From Chrysomallon squamiferum (taxonomy: Eukaryota > Animalia > Mollusca): a stretch of DNA of 64,000 bases. The translations under genes were made by a program, and so were the position numbers. Under the pieces are notes generated by a model. That model made no database searches. It was not told the DNA's origin and was given only the letters and a program-made list of their open reading frames with translations. This document shows positions 1 through 13,338 of the stretch, in pieces. The number at the start of each line of letters is the position of its first letter. The stretch's first letter is position 1. The DNA lies in NCBI GenBank assembly GCA_012295275.1, contig CM022670.1, positions 27,590,001-27,654,000 on the forward strand. The letters are read 5' to 3'.

Positions 1-1238
1 GTAACAGATGTTGAGAACATAATCAATGGCTTATATGATGCTTATATGATATTTAGCTATTTCCCCGTCTTGTTAGTACTTATCTACTTCTTATATTTTT
101 ACAATGTTGTTATACCAGTACTTTTATTCTTAGAATAAAACCTTTTTTGCTGAATTTAAACAAAATTTAAAAAAAAAAAAATAACCTGAGTTAATGAAAA
201 AAGACTACCTCTTCACTTGTGTGAATAGATAGATACTGATATAATAGATACTGTATACAGACACACATATTAAAATTTAAGTGATAAAGAATATAATGCT
301 TATTATATATATATATTTTACAGTTTTCTGAATAAATATTAACAACTTTTAGAACCATAAATTTTTTTTTCAGTATTTAAAAAAAATAAAATAAAGAAAT
401 GAACAATATTAATTTACAAAAAAAAAAAAGGAAAAAAGGACAAAAAAGCTAAAAGAAAAAAAATTATAAGCAACAAAAAAAAAAACCTTTTCACAGATAT
501 GAGTAGTTTTATATATGTTGATGTAACAGATGTTGAGAACATAATCAATGGCTTATATGATGCTTATATGATATTTAGCTATTTCCCCGTCTTGTTAGTA
601 CTTATCTACTTCTTATATTTTTACAATGTTGTTATACCAGTACTTTTATTCTTAGAATAAAACCTTTTTTGCTGAATTTAAACAAAATTTTTTTTAAACA
701 AAAATAACCTGAGTTAATGAAAAAAGACTACCTCTTCACTTGTGTGAATAGATAGATACTGATATAATAGATACTATTGACAGAGACACACATATTAAAA
801 TTTAAGTGATAAAGAATATAATGCTTATTATATATATATATTTTACAGTTTTCTGAATAAATATTAAAAACTTTTAGAATCATAAAAGATTTTTTTTTTC
901 AGTATTTACAAAAAATAAAATAAAGAAATTAACAATATTAATTTACAAAAAAAAAAAAAAAAAAACGGGACAAAAAAAGCTAAAAGTAAAAAAATTATAA
1001 GCAACAAAAAAAAAACTACCTTTTCACAGATATGAGTAGTTTTATATATGTTGAGAACATAATCAATGGCTTATATGATGCTTATATGATATTTAACCAT
1101 TTCCTGTCTCGTTAGTACATTCTACTACTTCTTTTATTTTTATAATTTTGTTATGCCATTACTTTTATTCTTAGAATTAAACCTTTTTACTGAATTTAAA
1201 CAAATTATCTTTTTTAAACAAATATAACCGAGATAATG
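1..1238 (+). repeat. ~520-bp tandem repeat array (about 2.4 units visible, runs off the window start)
   Basis: gtaacagatgttgagaacataatcaatggc occurs at 1 and 523; tgttgagaacataatcaatggc recurs at ~1049. Units are near-identical apart from homopolymer lengths, and the last copy decays at ~1235. Confidence 0.95.
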
Positions 1239-1668
1239 ATAACCTATGTCTTGCATATGTAAAATACGAAACTCTAAAATATTACAATATGAGTAAAATA
1301 ATACACTGGTTTAGAAAGTGTAGTTTTTGCATAGTTTTTCTAGCTTTATGAAAACTTTGACCATTCTTTATATCAATTTTCCTATTCTACTTCATCTCAT
1401 AAAAACAAGAATAGCATCTTTAGGTTGTAATTAAATAACATCATAGACATACAACCATTCGGTTAAATATATAGAAATAAATAAAAAGTTAATAATCTAC
1501 AAAATCAGTACATATCTGTTCTGCACATTTTGTCTTTAGGTTAATATTAAACAACATCATTTACTTTCAACTATACATTTAAATATATGGAAATAAACAG
1601 AGTTAATAATTTAGAAGAGTGAAACTTTACATTCGACTGTGTCATTTTATCACTGAAAATGGAAAGTC

Positions 1669-2072
1669 TTAGTAGTGTGGAGAGGTGTTGACCTGAAATG
1701 AGAGACATCAATTATAAATTCTCTTCCAAACAATAATAATTATATATGTTTAAAAATGTACGTGCTATAAGAAATTATTACTTTAATATTTTAAAATTAA
1801 TCTGAAAAGTTTCTGAGTAACTGTTTCTGATGTGATTGAACAATTTAAGTAATAAAAGTTATAACAATACAAATTTACCCTAGACTGTTATTAATGATAA
1901 AAATTACATGTAACCAGTTTCTTCATATTTATTGTAAAATTTAGTCACAACCTCTTCAAATAAATGTTTGTTGACAAATTTTTCTTTATTAAATATACCA
2001 AATTACTCTTTTATTTTCAACCTTTTTTGAGGAGAAAACCAATTTTAAGAAGAAAAAAAAGGTTATGGTAAA

Positions 2073-2105
<33 letters not shown>

Positions 2106-5100
2106 TAAAATTTTAATCAGTACTATAAACTACTTTTAGAAAAATAAAAATGTTAAAAGTGTAAGGAAACAGATGAATGATGAAACAAAATCTTTAAATC
2201 CTGCACATCCCCAAAATAAAACAAAACAAACCACATCACAAAAATAAATAACAGCTATAAAATTATGTGAACTTCTTTGAGAACCATTGTATTTGATTTC
2301 TGTGCAAATCACAAGAAAGGAGACAATATTTAACATACTTCATTGCAGGATCGTAAGAAATATTTGTGCAGATTGTCGTTTGGTGGTTTGCGAATTTTCA
2401 TTAAGAGCTTCCTTTTGTAATTCTCTGACGGAACATCTAGGGTGTCTCTACTCATATCAAGGCTACGTCTGGAAGATAATTAAACATGGTATGAAAATAT
2501 TATTATTATTGCTGGCTGAAGTTTGAATTAGTACTGGTTATCAATAAATGTGGGGAAACAAAAGCAAAAGAAAAAACAAAACAGTGCAGATATACTCGTA
2601 TTACTTCAAAAAATAAAGTTGACTACAGTTAAGAATCTTTAATACCATGCAAATGAAGAAAAATATACTAACACTGTCAATTAATACTCGAATCACTTTT
2701 TGTTAAAATGTTATATTATCACAGTTTAATATGTACAGTCAACACAAAAAGCAGACATTAAGACAGTAGCAACAATAATAACAGAAAATATAACCGACAA
2801 GAAAACCACGCAATTAATGACTTAATACAGATCATTAAGTACCAAATGAAAACTTCCAATTTTAATGGTAGTGGGCTGCACATCTGATTTTGATCTTTAG
2901 TACTGCCTGCAATTGTCATTTTCTATCACAGTTATAATAAAACATTTTTAAAAAGGCATCTTAGATCTGTTATCAATTTAGGTCACTAGAAAGGTCGAAC
3001 TATAATATAAACATTTAAAGCTATTTTCACCTAAGAGCTAGAAGATAAATGTCACTTTCATTTGATATTATTAAAAAATTATGTATCGGCATCACACAAA
3101 ATTTCTTACCTGGGTATTGTAGAGTAATGAGAATTGAAAAGCCGGGTATTTTGTTTTGATTGTGAGTTTCCGATTTTACTTCCATGAGAATCACTTTTTT
3201 TCGATCTTTTCGCTTGTATTATGTCACTATCACTGAAACCAAAATTAGAAAACAATAAAGACATTCATAACAAGATGATTACAAATGACACACATATAAT
3301 AAACACATTATTAAAATACTGTTAACATTAGTTTTCTTAAACATTTTCTGAAAAATTAGATTGAGAAGATATGTTTCTGAGAGATTTTTACCAAACACTA
3401 TTATTTTGCAGGGTTAGCATGGAGATATAAAAAAAAAAAGGAATACAATCTGTCATTCCTTTAATATTTAGCTATTTAAATACATATGGTCACTGACACT
3501 AGCAAACTTGTTATCTAAAATATCTAAATTATATGTATTTCATAAAATCTTCTACCATTTTTCAAAGCAATACTTGAGGTGCAACATATACATGAGTATA
3601 GATATAGTCAAGATATAGGTAAAGTTTTCGTCTATCATGTAAACTGAACATAGATTCTTTTGTTATTACAAAGGTGTGAAAGTTTCGCACTTATTCAGGT
3701 CGCAGCGCCGCCGTTTTTTCTTGTTCAGTTTGTCACCTTGGGTTTCTTTCCTGTCGTTGACTGCAGATGGCTCGCAATATATCTAAAAATCAATCAAAAA
3801 TAAATACAAATATTTTGTAATCTAATAATCTTTCTTTCATTTCTAACAATAATCAGTCACATAAATCTCTCTCTAAGGACCAATGTCTCATTTTTTATAC
3901 AACTTTTCCAAGTATTATTATTAATAATTATTATTTATAAATGAATGTTTTTCCTTTTATGTGAGAAATAGTTAAGAAAATTTAAACTGCTTCAAGGAAT
4001 GTTATCAAAGTGAAATGTTCTACATTACATTATACATATCACTATATGTAAACATCATCGCAATAATAAATAAATCCGAGATAAAAATGGTCTTTTCAGC
4101 ACAATTATCTTGATGTTTTTTTCATGTTATAATACTTACATGTTTTTCTTCATAACGAATACTATTCGCGCTTTTGTTGCCTGGAGAAATCATTTCTTGA
4201 ACCCACAAGACCAATTTTGAAAGCCAAGGTCTGTTGTTCTTCTTAATTAGCTCCTCTCTGTATAAATCTCCCTCGTGCCAAAGCCAGTCTTGCTTCCTGA
4301 AACAACAGTTGTATACATCTAACACTTTGTACACAAATACTTTTATTTCATTTTTTTTTTTTCTTTTCTTTTTTATAATAAAACTTTTTATTTCACAGAA
4401 ATATTTTGGTGAAAAAAGTTTCATTTCAAACTGCTTGAATATTCAGTTAAGTAACTGCCATATTTTATGTCACTGTGATATCTGACATACACATTTTATG
4501 TATATGTGTGTATCTATGTACATATACATAAGGTAGACTTACTGTTCAAGAAAGGTCTGCTGTCTCCCAATCACTGATCCTGGTCTTGAAATCCTCGCCC
4601 ATGCTATTGCTTCAGCGGCAGTGAATTTATGGTGTTTCATCATGTAGCAGCATATTAGGGTGCCAGTCCGCCCCAGTCCCGCTGAAAATGAATTTAAATA
4701 TTTACTTAGTAAACAAATATCAGCATTTAAGTTTTAAACTTTCCTCAACCAGTCTGAGAAAATATCAAAGCTATACCTTTGCAGTGCACTGCAATCGCGG
4801 GACCGGGGCATTCTGATATGTGCAGAAACCTCTGGATGATTTCATCGCTCGGCACGCTGCCGTCTTCAAAGAATAGGTCGTAAAATTCAAATCCAGCACT
4901 TTTAAAGATGCTGGCATCATACATCTTCCGATTTAGTCGAATGATTTTAGATACGTTATGATTTTGTAAAATGGGCACATAGTCTCCAGGTGAAAATGAC
5001 AATGTTCCTGAAAAGATGATAAAATGATTATTCATACACTCTACTTACAGTAATCACATATAGCAAATATTGAAGCAAAAAAAAAAAGTCATTTTAAAGA

Positions 5101-5995
5101 TTTTATTCAATTTAAATTAATAGCTCAAAATGTTTCTTAATTTCCCATTGTATCACTATTCATGAGTTATTTCCCTTCAATGAAAGCAGACTAATTTAAG
5201 AATTCCGTGACATTTTAGAGTACAGTTTGCATTTCAAAACCAATTAAACTAACCAATTTTTTCAAAGTGTTCATAACAAAGTTTATTTTTTATTTTTTGT
5301 TTTTCTGTATGTGGGTTATTCAGTTAAATGACTCACTAAGTCATCCACTTATGACTGACTGTAACAATTTTCCTAAGTATCGTTCTATCAACTTTTCTCT
5401 GGAATGCATCTTTCAGAACAATTTTTAAAATGTTATAGTGAACTGAGAAAGAACATTTTGAATATTTTAATTTGTGATGATTGTAAATATAAAAATATGA
5501 TGTTTTAGCGATCACTCAGAATCTACAAAAAAATAGAATAAATGAAGTATTTCAGTGCACTATTAAATTAATAAACATTCTTATAACCTGACACATGCTG
5601 TTATATTTCAATATGAACAAACAACAGCTTGTAAGTAAATGAATAAAACAAACAAACAAAAAACCAACAAAATGGAAGTGCATTTATAAACTTGAAGAAA
5701 GAAGAAAAAACTTGGATGTGAAAATAAGACAAGAAGAAAGTGTTCTTAGCAGCTACAAGCAAGTGTTAAAACAAAAATTAGTTTGTTTTTTTTTCTCTCT
5801 TTCAAGATGCATCAATCATGGATACAGAACACTGTTAATAAATATGGAAAGGCATGCCACACAAAGTGAGTAAGCTTGCTTTGAAGTGAAAGATTTCTCA
5901 GTCATACCATACTGTAGGTTGCTCTTTGGACGTGGTCCACTGTAAGGTAGAAATTTGTTGGGTACAATCCAGTTGTGATCTTCATTTTCTACTCA
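1669..5995 (-). CDS. CDC14: Dual-specificity protein phosphatase CDC14 family, 3' partial (8 exons)
   Basis: Minus-strand exons 5995-5908, 5007-4777, 4681-4543, 4296-4140, 3782-3691, 3232-3110, 2468-2339, 1692-1669(TAA), all AG/GT and phase-consistent (984 nt). Encodes [30 protein letters not shown] (general-acid Asp), catalytic [24 protein letters not shown] and TQGDKLN. The first exon begins with TGA and the 5' exons were not found. The last three exons are less certain. Confidence 0.9.
5908..5995 (-). pseudogene. Degenerate CDC14 exon with an in-frame stop as its first codon (pseudo-exon or pseudogene lesion)
   Basis: cag|TGA GTA GAA AAT GAA GAT CAC AAC TGG ATT GTA CCC ... TAT G|gtatga translates [29 protein letters not shown], against the family consensus RVENGD[FL]NWIVPGKFLAFSGPH. 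Confidence 0.5.
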
Positions 5996-6180
5996 CTGCA
6001 GGGCCAAACAGAATACATGAAAAATTAGTGACAATGGTAAGAAATATCTTTGGTCTCCCAAGTTAAATTGCATTCTCTGTCTTAGAAGCGTTCATGTTAA
6101 GTGTCATCTCAATGGCAGTCTGGAGTGATTCAATAGAAACTTGTTACTGTTATTTAGCAATACGTAACTGACTGAAGTAC

Positions 6181-6380
6181 NNNNNNNNNNNNNNNNNNNN
6201 NNNNNNNNNNNNNNNNNNNNNNNNNNNNNNNNNNNNNNNNNNNNNNNNNNNNNNNNNNNNNNNNNNNNNNNNNNNNNNNNNNNNNNNNNNNNNNNNNNNN
6301 NNNNNNNNNNNNNNNNNNNNNNNNNNNNNNNNNNNNNNNNNNNNNNNNNNNNNNNNNNNNNNNNNNNNNNNNNNNNNNNN
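6181..6380. other. Assembly gap (200 N)
   Basis: Run of exactly 200 n, a fixed-length scaffolding gap. Confidence 1.
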
Positions 6381-7479
6381 TGTTCATTTTCTTTTATTTT
6401 ATTTTTTTTAAATACTGAAAAAAAATCTTATGGTTCTAAAAGTTTTTAATATTTATTCAGAAAACTGTAAAATATATATATATAATAAGCATTATATTCT
6501 TTATCACTTAAATTTTAATATGTGTGTCTCTGTCAATAGTATCTATTATATCAGTATCTATCTATTCACACAAGTGAAGAGGTAGTCTTTTTTCATTAAC
6601 TCAGTTATTTTTGTTTAAAACAAAAATTGCTTAAATTCAGCAAAAAAGGTTTTATTCTAAGAATAAAAGTACTCATATAACAACATAGTACACTTATCTA
6701 CTTCTTATATTTTTACAAACAAGGTGGGGAAATAGCTAAATATCATAGAAGCATCATATAAGCCATTGATTATGTTCTCAACATCAACATATATAAAACT
6801 ACTCATATCTGTGAAAAGGTAGTTATTTTTTTGTTACTTATAATTTTTTTACTTTTAGCTTTTTTTGTCCTTTTTTCTTCTTTTTTTTTGTAAATTAATA
6901 TTGTTCATTTCTTTATTTTATTTCTTGTAAATACTGAAAAAAAAATCTTTTATGATTCTAAAAGTTTTTAATATTTATTCAGAAAACTGTAAAATATATA
7001 TATATATATAATAAGCATTATATTCTTTATCACTTAAATTTTAATATGTGTGTCTCTGTCAATAGTATCTATTATATCAGTATCTATCTATTCACACAAG
7101 TGAAGAGGTAGTCTTTTTTCATTAACTCAGTTATTTTTGTTTAAAAAAAAAATTGCTTAAATTCAGCAAAAAAGGTTTTATTCTAAGAATAAAAGTACTC
7201 ATATAACAACATTGTAAAAATATAAGAAGTAGATAAGTGTACTAACAAGACGGGGAAATAGCTAAATATCATATAAGCATCATATAAGCCATTGATTATG
7301 TTCTCAACATCAACATATATAAAACTACTCATATCTGTGAAAAGGTAGTTTTTTTTTTGTCCTTTTTTCTTTTTTTTTTGTAAATTAATATTGTTCATTT
7401 CTTTATTTTATTTTTTGTAAATACTGAAAAAAAATCTTTTATGATTCTAAAAGTTTTTAATATTTATTCAGAAAACTGT

Positions 7480-7520
<41 letters not shown>

Positions 7521-7770
7521 AGCATTATATTCTTTATCACTTAAATTTTAATATGTGTGTCTCTGTCAATAGTATCTATTATATCAGTATCTATCTATTC
7601 ACACAAGTGAAGAGGTAGTCTTTTTTCATTAACTCGGTTATTTTTGTTTAAAAAAAAATTTGTTTAAATTCAGCAAAAAAGGTTTTATTCTAAGAATAAA
7701 AGTACTGGTATAACAACATTGTAAAAATATAAGAAGTAGATAAGTGTACTAACAAGACGGGTAATAGCTA
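6381..7770 (-). repeat. Same ~520-bp tandem repeat as 1-1238, in reverse complement (about 2.7 units)
   Basis: tgttcatttctttattttatt...aatactgaaaaaaaatc at 6381, ~6902 and ~7392 is the reverse complement of 365-404. aacaagacgggtaatagctaaa at ~7751 is the reverse complement of 52-73. Confidence 0.95.
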
Positions 7771-7835
7771 AAACAAGAGTGCATGGCAACTTTATACACA
7801 TGCATGTGTAATTTTATTATTCATAAAATTGTTTA

Positions 7836-7871
<36 letters not shown>

Positions 7872-8524
7872 TTCATTGTTATTATTATTGTAATTAGTGG
7901 CATTACCTTTTCCTACACAGTTGAACTTCTCTGTCAAATGCTAAATAATTCTAATGCAATCACATAGCCAGTATAGTACAGAAACTGCTGTTTGCAATAT
8001 GTTTTAAAATGTCATTATAATATTTTCTATCAGTCTGTCTTTTTTTATTCTGAATGATTTAGAAAATTTCTGTAAATCAGAATATGAAATTCAATTTTCA
8101 AAGTGGAAAATTATCGTGATTTTTAAATTATAAAAAAAATAGTTTGGTCAGATAATTGGAAATATATACCTTTTTTTAATTCATGCTTATTCATCATTTT
8201 CTAATTTAAAAAAATTGTTTTCTATCTTTTGAACATTTTATTTAATTTTTTTTTAATTTTTGTTTTGTTTTTATGGTGAGATAATTGGAAATATGTATTT
8301 TTTGAATTCATACAATTAAATGTAGATGAAATAGTGTATAAAAAATTTGTAATGTAATTAAATAACTATACACAAAGTTATAATTTATGATATCCTTTGC
8401 CAAAAATGTCAAGCTTTATTTCTGGCAAAAAGATATTAGCTTTGATTGGCCAGTTGCTGTTTTATATGGTTTTTACTTTATTGTTTATTTTAATTTAAAA
8501 TTTAATTTTTTTGTTTTTGTTTTT

Positions 8525-9600
8525 GAAAGATAGAATAATTTGACATTAAAATGGTAATTGTGTATTCTGAAAATTTTGCTGTTGGTTATTATAATTTTTT
8601 AAATTCATTTTTATTTAGTTGTTTATTTTAATTTTAATTTTTTTTTTTTTTTTTTTTTTTGAAACAGAATAATTTGACATTAAAATAGTATTTGTATAAT
8701 CCGAAAATTTGGCTGTTTCTTATTATTGTGTTTTTAATTCGTTTTTATTTTATCGTTTATTTTAATTTTAATTTTCTTTTGTTTCTTTTTTTTTTTTGAA
8801 AGTTAGAATAATTTGACACTAAAATAGTAATTATGTATTCTGAAAATTTTGCTGTTGCTTATTATCATGTTTTTAATTCATTTTTATTTATCGTTTATTT
8901 TAATTTTATTTTTTTGTTTGATTGTTTTTTTTTTTGAAAGATAGAATAATTTGACATTAAAACAGTAATTATGTATTCTGAAAATTTTGCTGTTGCTTAT
9001 TATCATGTTTTTAATTCATTTTTGCTTTATTGTTATTTTAATTTTAAATTTATTTTGTTTGTTTTGTTTTTGAAAGTCAGAATAATTTGACATTAAAATA
9101 GTAATTATGTATTTTGAAAATTTTGCTGTTGCTTATTATCATGTTTTTAATTCGTTTTTATTTATCGTTTATTTTAATTTTATTTTTTTGTTTGTTTGTT
9201 GTTTTTTTTTTGAAAGATAGAATAATTTGACATTAAAACAGTAATTATGTATTCTGAAAATTTTGCTGTTGCTTATTATCATGTTTTTAATTCATTTTTG
9301 CTTTATTGTTATTTTAATTTTAAATTTATTTTGTTTGTTTTGTTTTTGAAAGTCAGAATAATTTGACATTAAAATAGTAATTATGTATTTTGAAAATTTT
9401 GCTGTTGCTTATTATCATGTTTTTAATTCGTTTTTATTTATCGTTTATTTTAATTTTATTTTTTTGTTTGTTTTTTTTGAAAGATAGAATAATTTGACAT
9501 TAAAACAGTAATTATGTATTCTGAAAATTTTGCTGTTGCTTATTATCATGTTATTAATTCATTTTTGCTTTATTGTTATTTAAGTTCAATATTTTATTTT
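8525..9600 (+). repeat. ~137-bp satellite, 8 copies, with alternating A/B dimer structure
   Basis: gaaag[at/tc]agaataatttgacattaaaa.agtaattatgtatt.tgaaaattttgctgttgcttattatc at ~8525, 8661, 8798, 8936, 9072, 9212, 9348, 9479. In the last five copies gatag/aacag alternates with gtcag/aatag. Confidence 0.92.
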
Positions 9601-9619
9601 TATTTTTTTTTACCAATAC

Positions 9620-11151
9620 CATTTGGTGTATACAGAAAATTTTCAGGTTGGTTATTTATCATTTTTTGATTACCATTTTATCATAAAATGTTTCATTAAA
9701 ATTATTGGCCATTTCCCAGTCACTTCTTTTTATCACTTAAATTTTAAGTTACCAGTATTTCCACAATACAGCCAAGTTGAAGAAAAGAAATCTTACAAAT
9801 ATCGAATATCATCCTTAATAAATGATTTTGTGTATTCTGAAAATTTTGTCAGCTTTAATTAATTTTTATTTTATTTATTTCTTTTGTTTTTTTTTTTTTT
9901 CATTTTGCTTTCGATAGATAGAATAATTTTAACTTAGAATAGTAATTGGCTATTTCCTGATCACTTGTTTTAGGTGTGTTTCTAATGCATAGGTATTCAT
10001 TCATGTTAAACCTTGTTCCCTCTTGGATTGTAGCCTGTTATTTGCTGCAAACTGTAGTTAATACTATTTAACACATCTTTGTTTAAACTAATATTCTAAA
10101 AAAGAAATCTTATAAATGTCATTTTGTGTGTTCAAAAATTTTTGCTGTTAGTTATTCATCATTTTTTGATTACCTTTAATAACCTATAAAATAAATTTAA
10201 GTTTTTATTAAAATAGTTACTGTCTTTTTCCCAGTCACTTGTTTTTATCACTTAAATTTTAATATATATAAAAATCTTCTATCAAATTACCTGTATTTCC
10301 ACAATATAGCCAAACTGAAAAAAAAAAAAAATCTTACAAATATTTAGTATGATCATTGATAAATCACTTTGTGTATTCCGAAAATTTTGCTCTTGCTTAT
10401 TATCATTTTATAATTAATTTTTAAAATATTCTTCCATTTTTTTTTTTTCGAAAGATAGAATAATTTAGCATTAAAATATTAATTGGCTACTTCCTGATCA
10501 CTTGTTTTTATACCTTAAATTTAAATATATTTTATTTATTTATTTATTTATTGGTTTATTTATTTATTTATTTTTGATAGATAGAATAATCATTTTATAA
10601 TAATTTTTTAATTTTCATTTAATTTTTTTTTAATTTTTTTTTTATTTTTTTTTTTTTTTTTTTTTTTTTTTTGAAAGATAGAATAATTTAGCATTAAAAT
10701 ATTAATTGGCTACTTCCTGATCACTTGTTTTTATACCTTAAATTTAAATATATTTAAAACATTTTGTATCAAGTTACCAGTATTTCCACAATACAACCGA
10801 GTTGAAGAAAAGAAATCTTACAAATATCATTTTGTGTGTTCAAAAACGTTTGCTGTTGGTTACCTTTTTGATTATCTTTCGATTTATAAAAAGAATAAAA
10901 AAATAAAAAAAAAATAATATATTTATTAAAATTGTTATTTGCTATTTCCCAGTCACTTGTTTTTAACACTTAAATTTTAATATATATAAAAAATATTCTA
11001 TCAGATTTCCAGTATTTCCAGAATATAGCCAAGTTAAAAAAAAAAAAATCTTAAAAATATTGAATATCATCCTTAATAAATGATTTTGTGTATTCCAAAA
11101 ATTTTGTCGGCTTTATGTAATTTTTATTTTATTATTTATTTTAATTTGTAT

Positions 11152-11202
<51 letters not shown>

Positions 11203-11680
11203 TTTTTGATAGATAGAATAATTTAATATTAAAATAGTAATTGGCTATTTCCCCATCACTTGTTTTAGGTGTGTTTTTAATGCATAGGTATTCATTGATA
11301 TTAAACCTTGTTCCCTCTTGGATTCTACCTGGTATTTGCTACATCTAAAAAAAGAAATCTTACAAATGTCATTTTGTGTGTTCAAAAATTTTTGCTGTTT
11401 GTTATTCATCATTTTTTGATTACCTTTGATAACCTATAAAATAAATTTAATAGTTTTATTAAAATAGTTACTGGCTTTTTCCTAGTCACTTGTTTTTATC
11501 ACTTAAATTTTAATATATATAAAAATCTTCTATCAAATTACCTGTATTTCCACAATATAGCCAAACTGAAAAAAAAAATCTTACAAATATTTAATATGAT
11601 CATTGATAAATCACTTTGTGTATTCGGAAAGTTTTGCTATTGGTTATTATCATTTTATAATAATTTTTTAATTTTCTTTT

Positions 11681-11737
<57 letters not shown>

Positions 11738-11923
11738 AAAGATAGAATAATTTAGCATTAAAATATTAATTGGCTACTTCCTGATCACTTGTTTTTATAC
11801 CTTAAAATAGTTTTATTAAAATAGTTATTGGCTATTTCCCAGTCATTTGTTTTCATCACTTAAATTTTAATATATATAAAAAATATTCTATCAAATTACC
11901 AGTATTTCCACAATATAGCGAAG

Positions 11924-11965
<42 letters not shown>

Positions 11966-12055
11966 AAATATGATCGTTGAATAAATCACTTTGTGTATTC
12001 CGGAAATTTTGCTCTTGCTTATTATCATTTTATAATTAATTTTTAAAATATTCTT

Positions 12056-12087
<32 letters not shown>

Positions 12088-13297
12088 GAAAGATAGAATA
12101 ATTTAGCATTAAAATATTAATTGGCTACTTCCTGATCACTTGTTTTTATACCTTAAATTTAAATATATTTAAAACATTTTGTATCAAGTTACCAGTATTT
12201 CCACAATACAACCGAGTTGAAGAAAAGAAATCTTACAAATATCATTTTGTGTGTTCAAAAACGTTTGCTGTTGGTTACCTTTTTAATTATCTTTCGATTT
12301 AGAAAAAGAATAAAAAAAAAAAAAAAAATAATAATATATTTACTAAAATTGTTATTTGCTATTTCCCAGTCACTTGTTTTTAACACTTAAATTTTAATAT
12401 ATATAAAAAATATTCTATCAGATTTCCAGTATTTCCAGAATATAGCCAAGTTAAAAAAAAAAAAATCTTAAAAATATTGAATATCATCCTTAATAAATGA
12501 TTTTGTGTATTCCAAAAAATTTGTCGGCTTTATGTAATTTTTATTTTATTATTTATTTTAATTTGTATTTATTTATTTATTTATTTATTTATTTATTGGT
12601 TTATTTATTTATTTATTTTTGATAGATAGAATAATTTAATATTAAAATAGTAATTGGCTATTTCCCCATCACTTGTTTTAGGTCTGTTTTTAATGCATAG
12701 GTATTCATTGATATTAAACCTTGTTCCCTCTTGGATTCTACCTGGTATTTGCTACATCTAAAAAAAGAAATCTTACAAATGTCATTTTGTGTGTTCAAAA
12801 ATTTTTGCTGTTAGTTATTCATCATTTTTTGATTACCTTTAATAACCTATAAAATAAATTTAATAGTTTTATTAAAATAGTTACTGGCTTTTTCCTAGTC
12901 ACTTGTTTTTATCACTTAAATTTTAATATATATAAAAATCTTCTATCAAATTACCAGTATTTCCACAAACTGAAAAAAAAAATCTTACAAATATTGAATA
13001 TCATTCGTAATAAATCACTCTGTGTATTCAGAAAATTTTGCTATTGGTTATTATAATTTTATAATAATTTTTTAATTTTCTTTTTTAATTTTTTTTTTTT
13101 TTTTTTTTTTGAAAGATAGAATAATTTAGCATTAAAATATCAATTGGCTACTTCCTGATCACTTGTTTTTATACCTTAAAATAGTTTTATTAAAATAGTT
13201 ATTGGCTATTTCCCAGTCATTTGTTTTCATCACTTAAATTTTAATATATATAAAAAATATTCTATCAAATTACCAGTATTTCCACAATATAGCGAAG

Positions 13298-13338
<41 letters not shown>

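Noticed and set aside
5993-5995. TGA as selenocysteine or an A-to-I editing site
   Set aside because: The homologous residue is Arg, not Cys or Trp, and no SECIS was recognised; other substitutions in the exon favour decay.
6154-6387. 77-aa ORF of X residues
   Set aside because: Artefact of the N gap.
8525-9600. Regularly spaced repeats as a CRISPR array
   Set aside because: The whole unit repeats, with no unique spacers and no cas genes, in a eukaryotic context; it is a satellite.
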